Shown here one piece after another: positions 33,831 to 47,339 of a DNA stretch of 64,000 nucleotides (position 1 is its first letter; the number at the start of each line of letters is the position of its first letter). The stretch is from Nemertoderma westbladi. Its lineage: Eukaryota; Animalia; Xenacoelomorpha. A program made the translations under genes and the position numbers. The notes under the pieces were generated by a model. That model did no database searches. It was not told the DNA's origin and worked only from the letters and a program-made list of their open reading frames with translations. The stretch is taken from contig JAUCBJ010002359.1 of the NCBI GenBank assembly GCA_032718475.1, forward strand, positions 15,903 through 79,902, given 5' to 3'.

Positions 33831-36800
33831 GTTGGGGGAACCCAAGTAGGAACAATTACTGAACACATTGGCATTCTATTGTTGGAGGAACCCAAGTAGG
33901 AACAATTACTGAACACATTGGCATTCTATTGTTGGGGGAACCCAAGTAGGAACAATTACTGAACACATTGGCATTATATTGTTGGGGGAACCCAAGTAGG
34001 AACAATTACTGAACACATTGGCATTCTATTGTTGGGGGAACCCAAGTAGGAACAATTACTGAACACATTGGCATTCTATTGTTGGGGGAACCCAAGTAGG
34101 AACAATTACTGAACACATTGGCATTATATTGTTGGGGGAACCCAAGTAGGAACAATTACTGAACACATTGGCATTCTATTGTTGGGGGAACCCAAGTAGG
34201 AACAATTACTGAACACATTGGCATTCTATTGTTGGGGGAACCCAAGTAGGAACAATTACTGAACACATTGGCATTACATTGTTGGGGGAACCCAAGTAGG
34301 AACAATTACTGAACACATTGGCATTCTATTGTTGGGGGAACCCAAGTAGGAACAATTACTGAACACATTGGCATTATATTGTTGGGGGAACCCAAGTAGG
34401 AACAATTACTGAACACATTGGCATTCTATTGTTGGGGGAACCCAAGTAGGAACAATTACTGAACACATTGGCATTACATTGTTGGGGGAACCCAAGTAGG
34501 AACAATTACTGAACACATTGGCATTCTATTGTTGGGGGAACTCAAGTAGGAACAATTACTGAACACATTGGCATTATATTGTTGGGGGAACCCAAGTAGG
34601 AACAATTACTGAACACATTGGCATTCTATTGTTGGGGGAACCCAAGTAGGAACAATTACTGAACACATTGGCATTATATTGTTGGGGGAACCCAAGTAGG
34701 AACAATTACTGAACACATTGGCATTCTATTGTTGAGGGAACCCAAGTAGGAACAATTACTGAACACATTGGCATTATATTGTTGGGGGAACCCAAGTAGG
34801 AACAATTACTGAACACATTGGCATTCTATTGTTGGGGGAACCCAAGTAGGAACAATTACTGAACACATTGGCATTCTATTGTTGGGGGAACACAAGTAGG
34901 AACAATTACTGAACACATTGGCATTCTATTGTTGGGGGAACCCAAGTAGGAACAATTACTGAACACATTGGCATTCTATTGTTGGGGGACCCAAGTAGGA
35001 ACAATTACTGAACACATTGGCATTCTATTGTTGGGGGACCCAAGTAGGAACAATTACTGAACACATTGGCATTCTATTGTTGGGGAACCCAAGTAGGAAC
35101 AATTACTGAACACATTGGCATTCTATTGTTGGGGAACCCAAGTAGGAACAATTACTGAACACATTGGCATTCTATTGTTGGAGGAACCCAAGTAGGAACA
35201 ATTACTGAACACATTGGCATTCTATTGTTGGGGGAACCCAAGTAGGAACAATTACTGAACACATTGGCATTCTATTGTTGGGGGAACCCAAGTAGGAACA
35301 ATTACTGAACACATTGGCATTATATTGTTGGGGGAACCCAAGTAGGAACAATTACTGAACACATTGGCATTCTATTGTTGGGGGAACCCAAGTAGGAACA
35401 ATTACTGAACACATTGGCATAATATTGTTGGGGGACCCAAGTAGGAACAATTACTGAACACATTGGCATTATATTGTTGGGGGAACCCAAGTAGGAACAA
35501 TTACTGAACACATTGGCATTCTATTGTTGGGGGAACCCAAGTAGGAACAATTACTGAACACATTGGCATTCTATTGTTGGGGGAACCCAAGTAGGAACAA
35601 TTACTGAACACATTGGCATTCTATTGTTGGGGGAACCCAAGTAGGAACAATTACTGAACACATTGGCATTCTATTGTTGCGGGAACCCAAGTAGGAACAA
35701 TTACTGAACACATTAGCATTCTATTGTTGGGGGACCCAAGTAGGACCAATTACTGAACACATTGGCATTCTATTGTTGGGGGAACCCAAGTAGGAACAAT
35801 TACTGAACACATTGGCATTCTATTGTTGGGGAACCCAAGTAGGAACAATTACTGAACACATTGGCATTCTATTGTTGGGGGACCCAAGTAGGAACAATTA
35901 CTGAACACATTGGCATTCTATTGTTGGGGAACCCAAGTAGGAACAATTACTGAACACATTGGCATTATATTGTTGGGGGAACCCAAGTAGGAACAATTAC
36001 TGAACACATTGGCATTCTATTGTTGGGGAACCCAAGTAGGAACAATTACTGAACACATTGGCATTCTATTGTTGGGGGACCCAAGTAGGAACAATTACTG
36101 AACACATTGGCATTCTATTGTTGGGGGAACCCAAGTAGGAACAATTACTGAACACATTGGCATTCTATTGTTGGGGAACCCAAGTAGGAACAATTACTGA
36201 ACACATTGGCATTCTATTGTTGGGGGAACCCAAGTAGGAACAATTACTGAACACATTGGCATTCTATTGTTGGGGGAACCCAAGTAGGAACAATTACTGA
36301 ACACATTGGCATTCTATTGTTGGGGGACCCAAGTAGGAACAATTACTGAACACATTGGCATTCTATTGTTGGGGGAACCCAAGTAGGAACAATTACTGAA
36401 CACATTGGCATTCTATTGTTGGGGGAACCCAAGTAGGAACAATTACTGAACACATTGGCATTCTATTGTTGGGGAACCCAAGTAGGAACAATTACTGAAC
36501 ACATTGGCATTCTATTGTTGGGGGACCCAAGTAGGAACAATTACTGAACACATTGGCATTCTATTGTTGGGGGACCCAAGTAGGAACAATTACTGAACAC
36601 ATTGGCATTCTATTGTTGGGGGACCCAAGTAGGAACAATTACTGAACACATTGGCATTCTATTGTTGGGGGAACCCAAGTAGGAACAATTACTGAACACA
36701 TTGGCATTCTATTGTTGGGGAACCCAAGTAGGAACAATTACTGAACACATTGGCATTCTATTGTTGGGGGACCCAAGTAGGAACAATTACTGAACACATT

Positions 36801-39800
36801 GGCATTCTATTGTTGGGGGAACCCAATTAGGAACAATTACTGAACACATTGGCATTCTATTGTTGGGGGAACCCAAGTAGGAACAATTACTGAACACATT
36901 GGCATTCTATTGTTGGGGGACCCAAGTAGGAACAATTACTGAACACATTGGCATTCTATTGTTGGGGAACCCAAGTAGGAACAATTACTGAACACATTGG
37001 CATTCTATTGTTGGGGAACCCAAGTAGGAACAATTACTGAACAAATTGGCATTCTATTGTTGGGGAACCCAAGTAGGAACAATTACTGAACACATTGGCA
37101 TTCTATTGTTGGGGAACCCAAGTAGGAACAATTACTGAACACATTGGCATTCTATTGTTGGGGGAACCCAAGTAGGAACAATTACTGAACACATTGGCAT
37201 TCTATTGTTGGGGGACCCAAGTAGGAACAATTACTGAACACATTGGCATTATATTGTTGGGGAACCCAAGTAGGAACAATTACTGAACACATTGGCATTC
37301 TATTGTTGGGGAACCCAAGTAGGAACAATTACTGAACACATTGGCATTCTATTGTTGGGGGAACCCAAGTAGGAACAATTACTGAACACATTGGCATTCT
37401 ATTGTTGGGGGAACCCAAGTAGGAACAATTACTGAACACATTGGCATTCTATTGTTGGGGGACCCAAGTAGGAACAATTACTGAACACATTGGCATTATA
37501 TTGTTGGGGAACCCAAGTAGGAACAATTACTGAACACATTGGCATTCTATTGTTGGGGAACCCAAGTAGGAACAATTACTGAACACATTGGCATTCTATT
37601 GTTGGGGAACCCAAGTAGGAACAATTACTGAACACATTGGCATTCTATTGTTGGGGGACCCAAGTAGGAACAATTACTGAACACATTGGCATTCTATTGT
37701 TGGGGAACCCAAGTAGGAACAATTACTGAACACATTGGCATTATATTGTTGGGGAACCCAAGTAGGAACAATTACTGAACACATTGGCATTCTATTGTTG
37801 GGGAACCCAAGTAGGAACAATTACTGAACAAATTGGCATTCTATTGTTGGGAGAACCCAAGTAGGAACAATTACTGAACACATTGGCATTCTATTGTTGG
37901 GGGACCCAAGTAGGAACAATTACTGAACACATTGGCATTATATTGTTGGGGGAACCCAAGTAGGAACAATTACTGAACACATTGGCATTCTATTGTTGGG
38001 GGAACCCAAGTAGGAACAATTACTGAACACATTGGCATTCTATTGTTGGGGAACCCAAGTAGGAACAATTACTGAACACATTGGCATTCTATTGTTGGGG
38101 GACCCAAGTAGGAACAATTACTGAACACATTGGCATTCTATTGTTGGGGAACCCAAGTAGGAACAATTACTGAACAAATTGGCATTCTATTGTTGGGAGA
38201 ACCCAAGTAGGAACAATTACTGAACACATTGGCATTCTATTGTTGGGGGACCCAAGTAGGAACAATTACTGAACACATTGGCATTATATTGTTGGGGGAA
38301 CCCAAGTAGGAACAATTACTGAACACATTGGCATTCTATTGTTGGGGGAACCCAAGTAGGAACAATTACTGAACACATTGGCATTCTATTGTTGGGGAAC
38401 CCAAGTAGGAACAATTACTGAACACATTGGCATTCTATTGTTGGGGGAACCCAAGTAGGAACAATTACTGAACACATTGGCATTCTATTGTTGGGGGACC
38501 CAAGTAGGAACAATTACTGAACACATTGGCATTCTATTGTTGGGGAACCCAAGTAGGAACAATTACTGAACACATTGGCATTATATTGTTGGGGAACCCA
38601 AGTAGGAACAATTACTGAACACATTGGCATTCTATTGTTGGGGAACCCAAGTAGGAACAATTACTGAACACATTGGCATTCTATTGTTGGGGAACCCAAG
38701 TAGGAACAATTACTGAACACATTGGCATTCTATTGTTGGGGGACCCAAGTAGGAACAATTACTGAACACATTGGCATTCTATTGTTGGGGAACCCAAGTA
38801 GGAACAATTACTGAACACATTGGCATTATATTGTTGGGGAACCCAAGTAGGAACAATTACTGAACACATTGGCATTCTATTGTTGGGGAACCCAAGTAGG
38901 AACAATTACTGAACAAATTGGCATTCTATTGTTGGGAGAACCCAAGTAGGAACAATTACTGAACACATTGGCATTCTATTGTTGGGGGACCCAAGTAGGA
39001 ACAATTACTGAACACATTGGCATTCTATTGTTGGGGGAACCCAAGTAGGAACAATTACTGAACACATTGGCATTCTATTGTTGGGGGACCCAAGTAGGAA
39101 CAATTACTGAACACATTGGCATTCTATTGTTGGGGAACCCAAGTAGGAACAATTACTGAACACATTGGCATTCTATTGTTGGGGGACCCAAGTAGGAACA
39201 ATTACTGAACACATTGGCATTCTATTGTTGGGGAACCCAAGTAGGAACAATTACTGAACACATTGGCATTATATTGTTGGGGAACCCAAGTAGGAACAAT
39301 TACTGAACACATTGGCATTCTATTGTTGGGGAACCCAAGTAGGAACAATTACTGAACACATTGGCATTCTATTGTTGGGGAACCCAAGTAGGAACAATTA
39401 CTGAACACATTGGCATTCTATTGTTGGGGGACCCAAGTAAGAACAATTACTGAACACATTGGCATTCTATTGTTGGGGAACCCAAGTAGGAACAATTACT
39501 GAACACATTGGCATTATATTGTTGGGGAACCCAAGTAGGAACAATTACTGAACACATTGGCATTCTATTGTTGGGGAACCCAAGTAGGAACAATTACTGA
39601 ACAAATTGGCATTCTATTGTTGGGAGAACCCAAGTAGGAACAATTACTGAACACATTGGCATTCTATTGTTGGGGGACCCAAGTAGGAACAATTACTGAA
39701 CACATTGGCATTCTATTGTTGGGGGAACCCAAGTAGGAACAATTACTGAACACATTGGCATTCTATTGTTGGGGGAACCCAAGTAGGAACAATTACTGAA

Positions 39801-42800
39801 CACATTGGCATTATATTGTTGGGGGAACCCAAGTAGGAACAATTACTGAACACATTGGCATTCTATTGTTGGGGGAACCCAAGTAGGAACAATTACTGAA
39901 CACATTGGCATTATATTGTTGGGGGAACCCAAGTAGGAACAATTACTGAACACATTGGCATTCTATTGTTGGGGGACCCAAGTAGGAACAATTACTGAAC
40001 ACATTGGCATTATATTGTTGGGGGAACCCAAGTAGGAACATTTACTGAACACATTGGCATTCTATTGTTGGGGGACCCAAGTAGGAACAATTACTGAACA
40101 CATTGGCATTCTATTGTTGGGGGAACCCAAGTAGGAACAATTACTGAACACATTGGCATTCTATTGTTGGGGAACCCAAGTAGGAACAATTGCTGAACAC
40201 ATTGGCATTATATTGTTGGGGGAACCCAAGTAGGAACAATTACTGAACACATTGGCATTCTATTGTTGGGGGAACCCAAGTAGGAACAATTACTGAACAC
40301 ATTGGCATTCTATTGTTGGGGGAATCCAAGTAGGAACAATTACTGAACACATTGGCATTCTATTGTTGGGGGAACACAAGTAGGAACAATTACTGAACAC
40401 ATTGGCATTCTATTGTTGGGGGAACCCAAGTAGGAACAATTACTGAACACATTGGCATTCTATTGTTGGGGGACCCAAGTAGGAACAATTACTGAACACA
40501 TTGGCATTCTATTGTTGGGGGAACCCAAGTAGGAAAAATTACTGAACAAATTGGCATTCTATTGTTGGGGGAACCCAAGTAGGAACAATTACTGAACACA
40601 TTGGCATTCTATTGTTGGGGGAACCCAAGTAGGAACAATTACTGAACACATTGGCATTCTATTGTTGGGGGAACCCAAGTAGGAACAATTACTGAACACA
40701 TTGTCATTATATTGTTGGGGGAACCCAAGTAGGAACAATTACTGAACACATTGGCATTCTATTGTTGGGGGACCCAAGTAGGAACAATTACTGAACACAT
40801 TGGCATTCTATTGTTGGGGGAACCCAAGTAGGAAAAATTACTGAACACATTGGCATTCTATTGTTGGGGGAACCCAAGTAGGAACAATTACTGAACACAT
40901 TGGCATTCTATTGTTGGGGGAACCCAAGTAGGAACAATTACTGAACACATTGGCATTATATTGTTGGGGGAACCCAAGTAGGAACAATTACTGAACACAT
41001 TGGCATTCTATTGTTGGGGGAACCCAAGTAGGAACAATTGCTGAACACATTGGCATTATATTGTTGGGGGAACCCAAGTAGGAACAATTACTGAACACAT
41101 TGGCATTCTATTGTTGGGGGAACCCAAGTAGGAACAATTACTGAACACATTGGCATTCTATTGTTGGGGGAATCCAAGTAGGAACAATTACTGAACACAT
41201 TGGCATTCTATTGTTGGGGGAACACAAGTAGGAACAATTACTGAACACATTGGCATTCTATTGTTGGGGGAACCCAAGTAGGAACAATTACTGAACACAT
41301 TGGCATTCTATTGTTGGGGAACCCAAGTAGGAACAATTGCTGAACACATTGGCATTATATTGTTGGGGGAACCCAAGTAGGAACAATTACTGAACACATT
41401 GGCATTCTATTGTTGGGGGAACCCAAGTAGGAACAATTACTGAACACATTGGCATTCTATTGTTGGGGGAATCCAAGTAGGAACAATTACTGAACACATT
41501 GGCATTCTATTGTTGGGGGAATCCAAGTAGGAACAATTACTGAACACATTGGCATTCTATTGTTGGGGGAATCCAAGTAGGAACAATTACTGAACACATT
41601 GGCATTCTATTGTTGGGGGAATCCAAGTAGGAACAATTACTGAACACATTGGCATTCTATTGTTGGGGGAATCCAAGTAGGAACAATTACTGAACACATT
41701 GGCATTCTATTGTTGGGGGAATCCAAGTAGGAACAATTACTGAACACATTGGCATTCTATTGTTGGGGAACCCAAGTAGGAACAATTGCTGAACACATTG
41801 GCATTATATTGTTGGGGGAATCCAAGTAGGAACAATTACTGAACACATTGGCATTCTATTGTTGGGGGAATCCAAGTAGGAACAATTACTGAACACATTG
41901 GCATTCTATTGTTGGGGGAATCCAAGTAGGAACAATTACTGAACACATTGGCATTCTATTGTTGGGGGAATCCAAGTAGGAACAATTACTGAACACATTG
42001 GCATTCTATTGTTGGGGGAATCCAAGTAGGAACAATTACTGAACACATTGGCATTCTATTGTTGGGGGAACCCAAGTAGGAAAAATTACTGAACAAATTG
42101 GCATTCTATTGTTGGGGGAACCCAAGTAGGAACAATTACTGAACACATTGGCATTCTATTGTTGGGGGAACCCAAGTAGGAACAATTACTGAACACATTG
42201 GCATTCTATTGTTGGGGGAACCCAAGTAGGAACAATTACTGAACACATTGTCATTATATTGTTGGGGGAACCCAAGTAGGAACAATTACTGAACACATTG
42301 GCATTCTATTGTTGGGGGAACACAAGTAGGAACAATTACTGAACACATTGGCATTCTATTGTTGGGGGAACCCAAGTAGGAACAATTACTGAACACATTG
42401 TCATTATATTGTTGGGGGAACCCAAGTAGGAACAATTACTGAACACATTGGCATTCTATTGTTGGGGGAATCCAAGTAGGAACAATTACTGAACACATTG
42501 GCATTCTATTGTTGGGGGACCCAAGTAGGAACAATTACTGAACACATTGGCATTCTATTGTTGGGGGAATCCAAGTAGGAACAATTACTGAACACATTGG
42601 CATTCTATTGTTGGGGGACCCAAGTAGGAACAATTACTGAACACATTGTCATTATATTGTTGGGGGAACCCAAGTAGGAACAATTACTGAACACATTGGC
42701 ATTCTATTGTTGGGGGAACCCAAGTAGGAACAATTACTGAACACATTGTCATTATATTGTTGGGGGAACCCAAGTAGGAACAATTACTGAACACATTGGC

Positions 42801-45800
42801 ATTCTATTGTTGGGGGAATCCAAGTAGGAACAATTACTGAACACATTGGCATTCTATTGTTGGGGGACCCAAGTAGGAACAATTACTGAACACATTGGCA
42901 TTCTATTGTTGGGGGAACCCAAGTAGGAACAATTACTGAACACATTGGCATTCTATTGTTGGGGGAACCCAAGTAGGAACAATTACTGAACACATTGTCA
43001 TTATATTGTTGGGGGAACCCAAGTAGGAACAATTACTGAACACATTGGCATTCTATTGTTGGGGGAATCCAAGTAGGAACAATTACTGAACACATTGGCA
43101 TTCTATTGTTGGGGGACCCAAGTAGGAACAATTACTGAACACATTGGCATTCTATTGTTGGGGGAATCCAAGTAGGAACAATTACTGAACACATTGGCAT
43201 TCTATTGTTGGGGGACCCAAGTAGGAACAATTACTGAACACATTGTCATTATATTGTTGGGGGAACCCAAGTAGGAACAATTACTGAACACATTGGCATT
43301 CTATTGTTGGGGGAACCCAAGTAGGAACAATTACTGAACACATTGTCATTATATTGTTGGGGGAACCCAAGTAGGAACAATTACTGAACACATTGGCATT
43401 CTATTGTTGGGGGAATCCAAGTAGGAACAATTACTGAACACATTGGCATTCTATTGTTGGGGGACCCAAGTAGGAACAATTACTGAACACATTGGCATTC
43501 TATTGTTGGGGGAATCCAAGTAGGAACAATTACTGAACACATTGTCATTATATTGTTGGGGGAACCCAAGTAGGAACAATTACTGAACACATTGGCATTC
43601 TATTGTTGGGGGAACCCAAGTAGGAACAATTACTGAACACATTGTCATTATATTGTTGGGGGAACCCAAGTAGGAACAATTACTGAACACATTGGCATTC
43701 TATTGTTGGGGGAATCCAAGTAGGAACAATTACTGAACACATTGGCATTCTATTGTTGGGGGACCCAAGTAGGAACAATTACTGAACACATTGGCATTCT
43801 ATTGTTGGGGGAATCCAAGTAGGAACAATTACTGAACACATTGGCATTCTATTGTTGGGGGACCCAAGTAGGAACAATTACTGAACACATTGGCATTATA
43901 TTGTTGGGGGAACACAAGTAGGAACAATTACTGAACACATTGGCATTCTATTGTTGGGGGACCCAAGTAGGAACAATTACTGAACACATTGGCATTCTAT
44001 TGTTGGGGGAATCCAAGTAGGAACAATTACTGAACACATTGGCATTCTATTGTTGGGGGACCCAAGTAGGAACAATTACTGAACACATTGGCATTCTATT
44101 GTTGGGGGAATCCAAGTAGGAACAATTACTGAACACATTGTCATTATATTGTTGGGGGAACCCAAGTAGGAACAATTACTGAACACATTGGCATTCTATT
44201 GTTGGGGGAACCCAAGTAGGAACAATTACTGAACACATTGTCATTATATTGTTGGGGGAACCCAAGTAGGAACAATTACTGAACACATTGGCATTCTATT
44301 GTTGGGGGAATCCAAGTAGGAACAATTACTGAACACATTGGCATTCTATTGTTGGGGGACCCAAGTAGGAACAATTACTGAACACATTGGCATTCTATTG
44401 TTGGGGGAATCCAAGTAGGAACAATTACTGAACACATTGGCATTCTATTGTTGGGGGACCCAAGTAGGAACAATTACTGAACACATTGGCATTCTATTGT
44501 TGGGGGACCCAAGTAGGAACAATTACTGAACACATTGGCATTCTATTGTTGGGGGACCCAAGTAGGAACAATTACTGAACACATTGGCATTCTATTGTTG
44601 GGGGAACCCAAGTAGGAAAAATTACTGAACAAATTGGCATTCTATTGTTGGGGGAACCCAAGTAGGAACAATTACTGAACACATTGGCATTCTATTGTTG
44701 GGGAACCCAAGTAGGAACAATTACTGAACACATTGGCATTCTATTGTTGGGGGAACCCAAGTAGGAACAATTACTGAACACATTGTCATTATATTGTTGG
44801 GGGAACCCAAGTAGGAACAATTACTGAACACATTGGCATTCTATTGTTGGGGGAACCCAAGTAGGAACAATTACTGAACACATTGGCATTCTATTGTTGG
44901 GGGAATCCAAGTAGGAACAATTACTGAACACATTGGCATTCTATTGTTGGGGGAACCCAAGTAGGAACAATTACTGAACACATTGGCATTCTATTGTTGG
45001 GGGAACCCAAGTAGGAACAATTACTGAACACATTGGCATTCTATTGTTGGGGGAACCCAAGTAGGAACAATTACTGAACACATTGTCATTATATTGTTGG
45101 GGGAACCCAAGTAGGAACAATTACTGAACACATTGGCATTCTATTGTTGGGGGAACCCAAGTAGGAACAATTACTGAACACATTGGCATTCTATTGTTGG
45201 GGGAATCCAAGTAGGAACAATTACTGAACACATTGGCATTCTATTGTTGGGGGACCCAAGTAGGAACAATTACTGAACAAATTGGCATTCTATTGTTGGG
45301 GGAACCCAAGTAGGAACAATTACTGAACACATTGGCATTCTATTGTTGGGGGAATCCAAGTAGGAACAATTACTGAACACATTGGCATTCTATTGTTGGG
45401 GGACCCAAGTAGGAAAAATTACTGAACAAATTGGCATTCTATTGTTGGGGGAACCCAAGTAGGAACAATTACTGAACACATTGGCATTCTATTGTTGGGG
45501 GAACACAAGTAGGAACAATTACTGAACACATTGGCATTCTATTGTTGGGGGAATCCAAGTAGGAACAATTACTGAACACATTGGCATTCTATTGTTAGGG
45601 GAACACCAGTAGGAACAATTTCTGAACACATTGGCATTCTATTGTTGGGGGAATCCAAGTAGGAACAATTACTGAACACATTGGCATTCTATTGTTGGGG
45701 GAATCCAAGTAGGAACAATTACTGAACACATTGGCATTCTATTGTTGGGGGAACCCAAGTAGGAAAAATTACTGAACAAATTGGCATTCTATTGTTGGGG

Positions 45801-46693
45801 GAACCCAAGTAGGAACAATTACTGAACACATTGGCATTCTATTGTTGGGGGAACCCAAGTAGGAACAATTACTGAACACATTGGCATTCTATTGTTGGGG
45901 GAACCCAAGTAGGAACAATTACTGAACACATTGTCATTACATTGTTGGGGAACCCAAGTAGGAACAATTACTGAACACATTGGCATTCTATTGTTGGGGG
46001 AACCCAAGTAGGAAAAATTACTGAACAAATTGGCATTCTATTGTTGGGGGAACCCAAGTAGGAACAATTACTGAACACATTGGCATTCTATTGTTAGGGG
46101 AACACCAGTAGGAACAATTTCTGAACACATTGGCATTCTATTGTTGGGGGAATCCAAGTAGGAACAATTACTGAACACATTGGCATTCTATTGTTGGGGG
46201 AATCCAAGTAGGAACAATTACTGAACACATTGGCATTCTATTGTTGGGGGAACCCAAGTAGGAAAAATTACTGAACAAATTGGCATTCTATTGTTGGGGG
46301 AACCCAAGTAGGAACAATTACTGAACACATTGGCATTCTATTGTTGGGGGAACCCAAGTAGGAACAATTACTGAACACATTGGCATTCTATTGTTGGGGG
46401 AACCCAAGTAGGAACAATTACTGAACACATTGTCATTACATTGTTGGGGGAACCCAAGTAGGAACAATTACTAAACACATTGGCATTATATTGTTGGGGG
46501 AATCCAAGTAGGAACAATTACTGAACACATTGGCATTCTATTGTTGGGGGAACCCAAGTAGGAAAAATTACTGAACAAATTGGCATTCTATTGTTGGGGG
46601 AACCCAAGTAGGAACAATTACTGAACACATTGGCATTCTATTGTTGGGGGACCCAAGTAGGAACAATTACTGAACACATTGGCATTCTATTGT
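33829..46693. repeat. 50-bp tandem satellite B (~12.9 kb, ~260 copies), consensus TGTTGGGGGAACCCAAGTAGGAACAATTACTGAACACATTGGCATTCTAT
   Basis: Directly visible; 49- and 50-bp variants. Confidence 0.98.
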
Positions 46694-47291
46694 GGATATA
46701 TCTAATATTGGGGGATACGAGGTTAATCACAAATTGGGGGATATTGGGGTCTAATATTGGGGGATACGAGGTTAATCACAAATTAATCTCGTATCACCCC
46801 CAATAACGGGGACAACATATAGCCCCAAAGAGCCACACAAAAGAGGTTAGAGGTCAAGCTAACTCGAGAAGGGAAGTGACAGCAGCGGGGCCGGGGGGGG
46901 GGGGGAAACACTCCCACAGAGGTGGGAGCCGAGAATTAGGTTGTTAGCCAATGAGGGGCGAGGGAGAGCATCCGCTAGGTAGTAAGGCCACAGTAGCGTA
47001 GGGGTGAATATATATTACCAGTTAATTATATTACCGTTCAGTTAACTCAGTCACACAGTGGGGACCAGTGACATTTTGTACCATCACCGTAACGTCACCT
47101 AACTTCACCACTACTACCTGTACAATCCATTAACATTTATCTGTATATTACCATTAAACTGTGCTATCATATTTTATACCATACCGCCTATATCAATATC
47201 AGAACAACAACAAACTATTATCTTTTCTCAATTATACGGTGATGTGTAACGAAATAAACCGGTCGGGATCCCCTGATCCCGTCACAGTACA
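46694..47291 (+). mobile_element. 5' LTR (probably 5'-damaged) of a BEL/Pao-like retrotransposon
   Basis: Homologous to the minus-strand LTR at 52050-52260 (TATTGGGG..ACGAGATT..ATCTCGTATCACCCCCAATAA, G-run, ACTCCCACAGA, CCAATG). AATAAA near 47253; ends ..ACA before a gag-like ORF. Confidence 0.65.
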
Positions 47292-47339
47292 AAATACCTG
47301 AAAACTGTGACTGCCAGCCACCACGATAAAAGTTAAAAG

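Noticed and set aside
35320-46028. Short ORFs in satellite B (35320-35511, 45819-46028)
   Set aside because: Translations of the repeat where a variant removes a stop.
1-46693. Both satellites as CRISPR arrays
   Set aside because: Head-to-tail monomers with no unique spacers, no cas genes, eukaryotic context.
33829-46693. Hammerhead ribozyme or SL-RNA array in the satellites
   Set aside because: No CUGANGA/GAAA core arrangement and no splice-donor plus Sm-site pattern recognised in either monomer.
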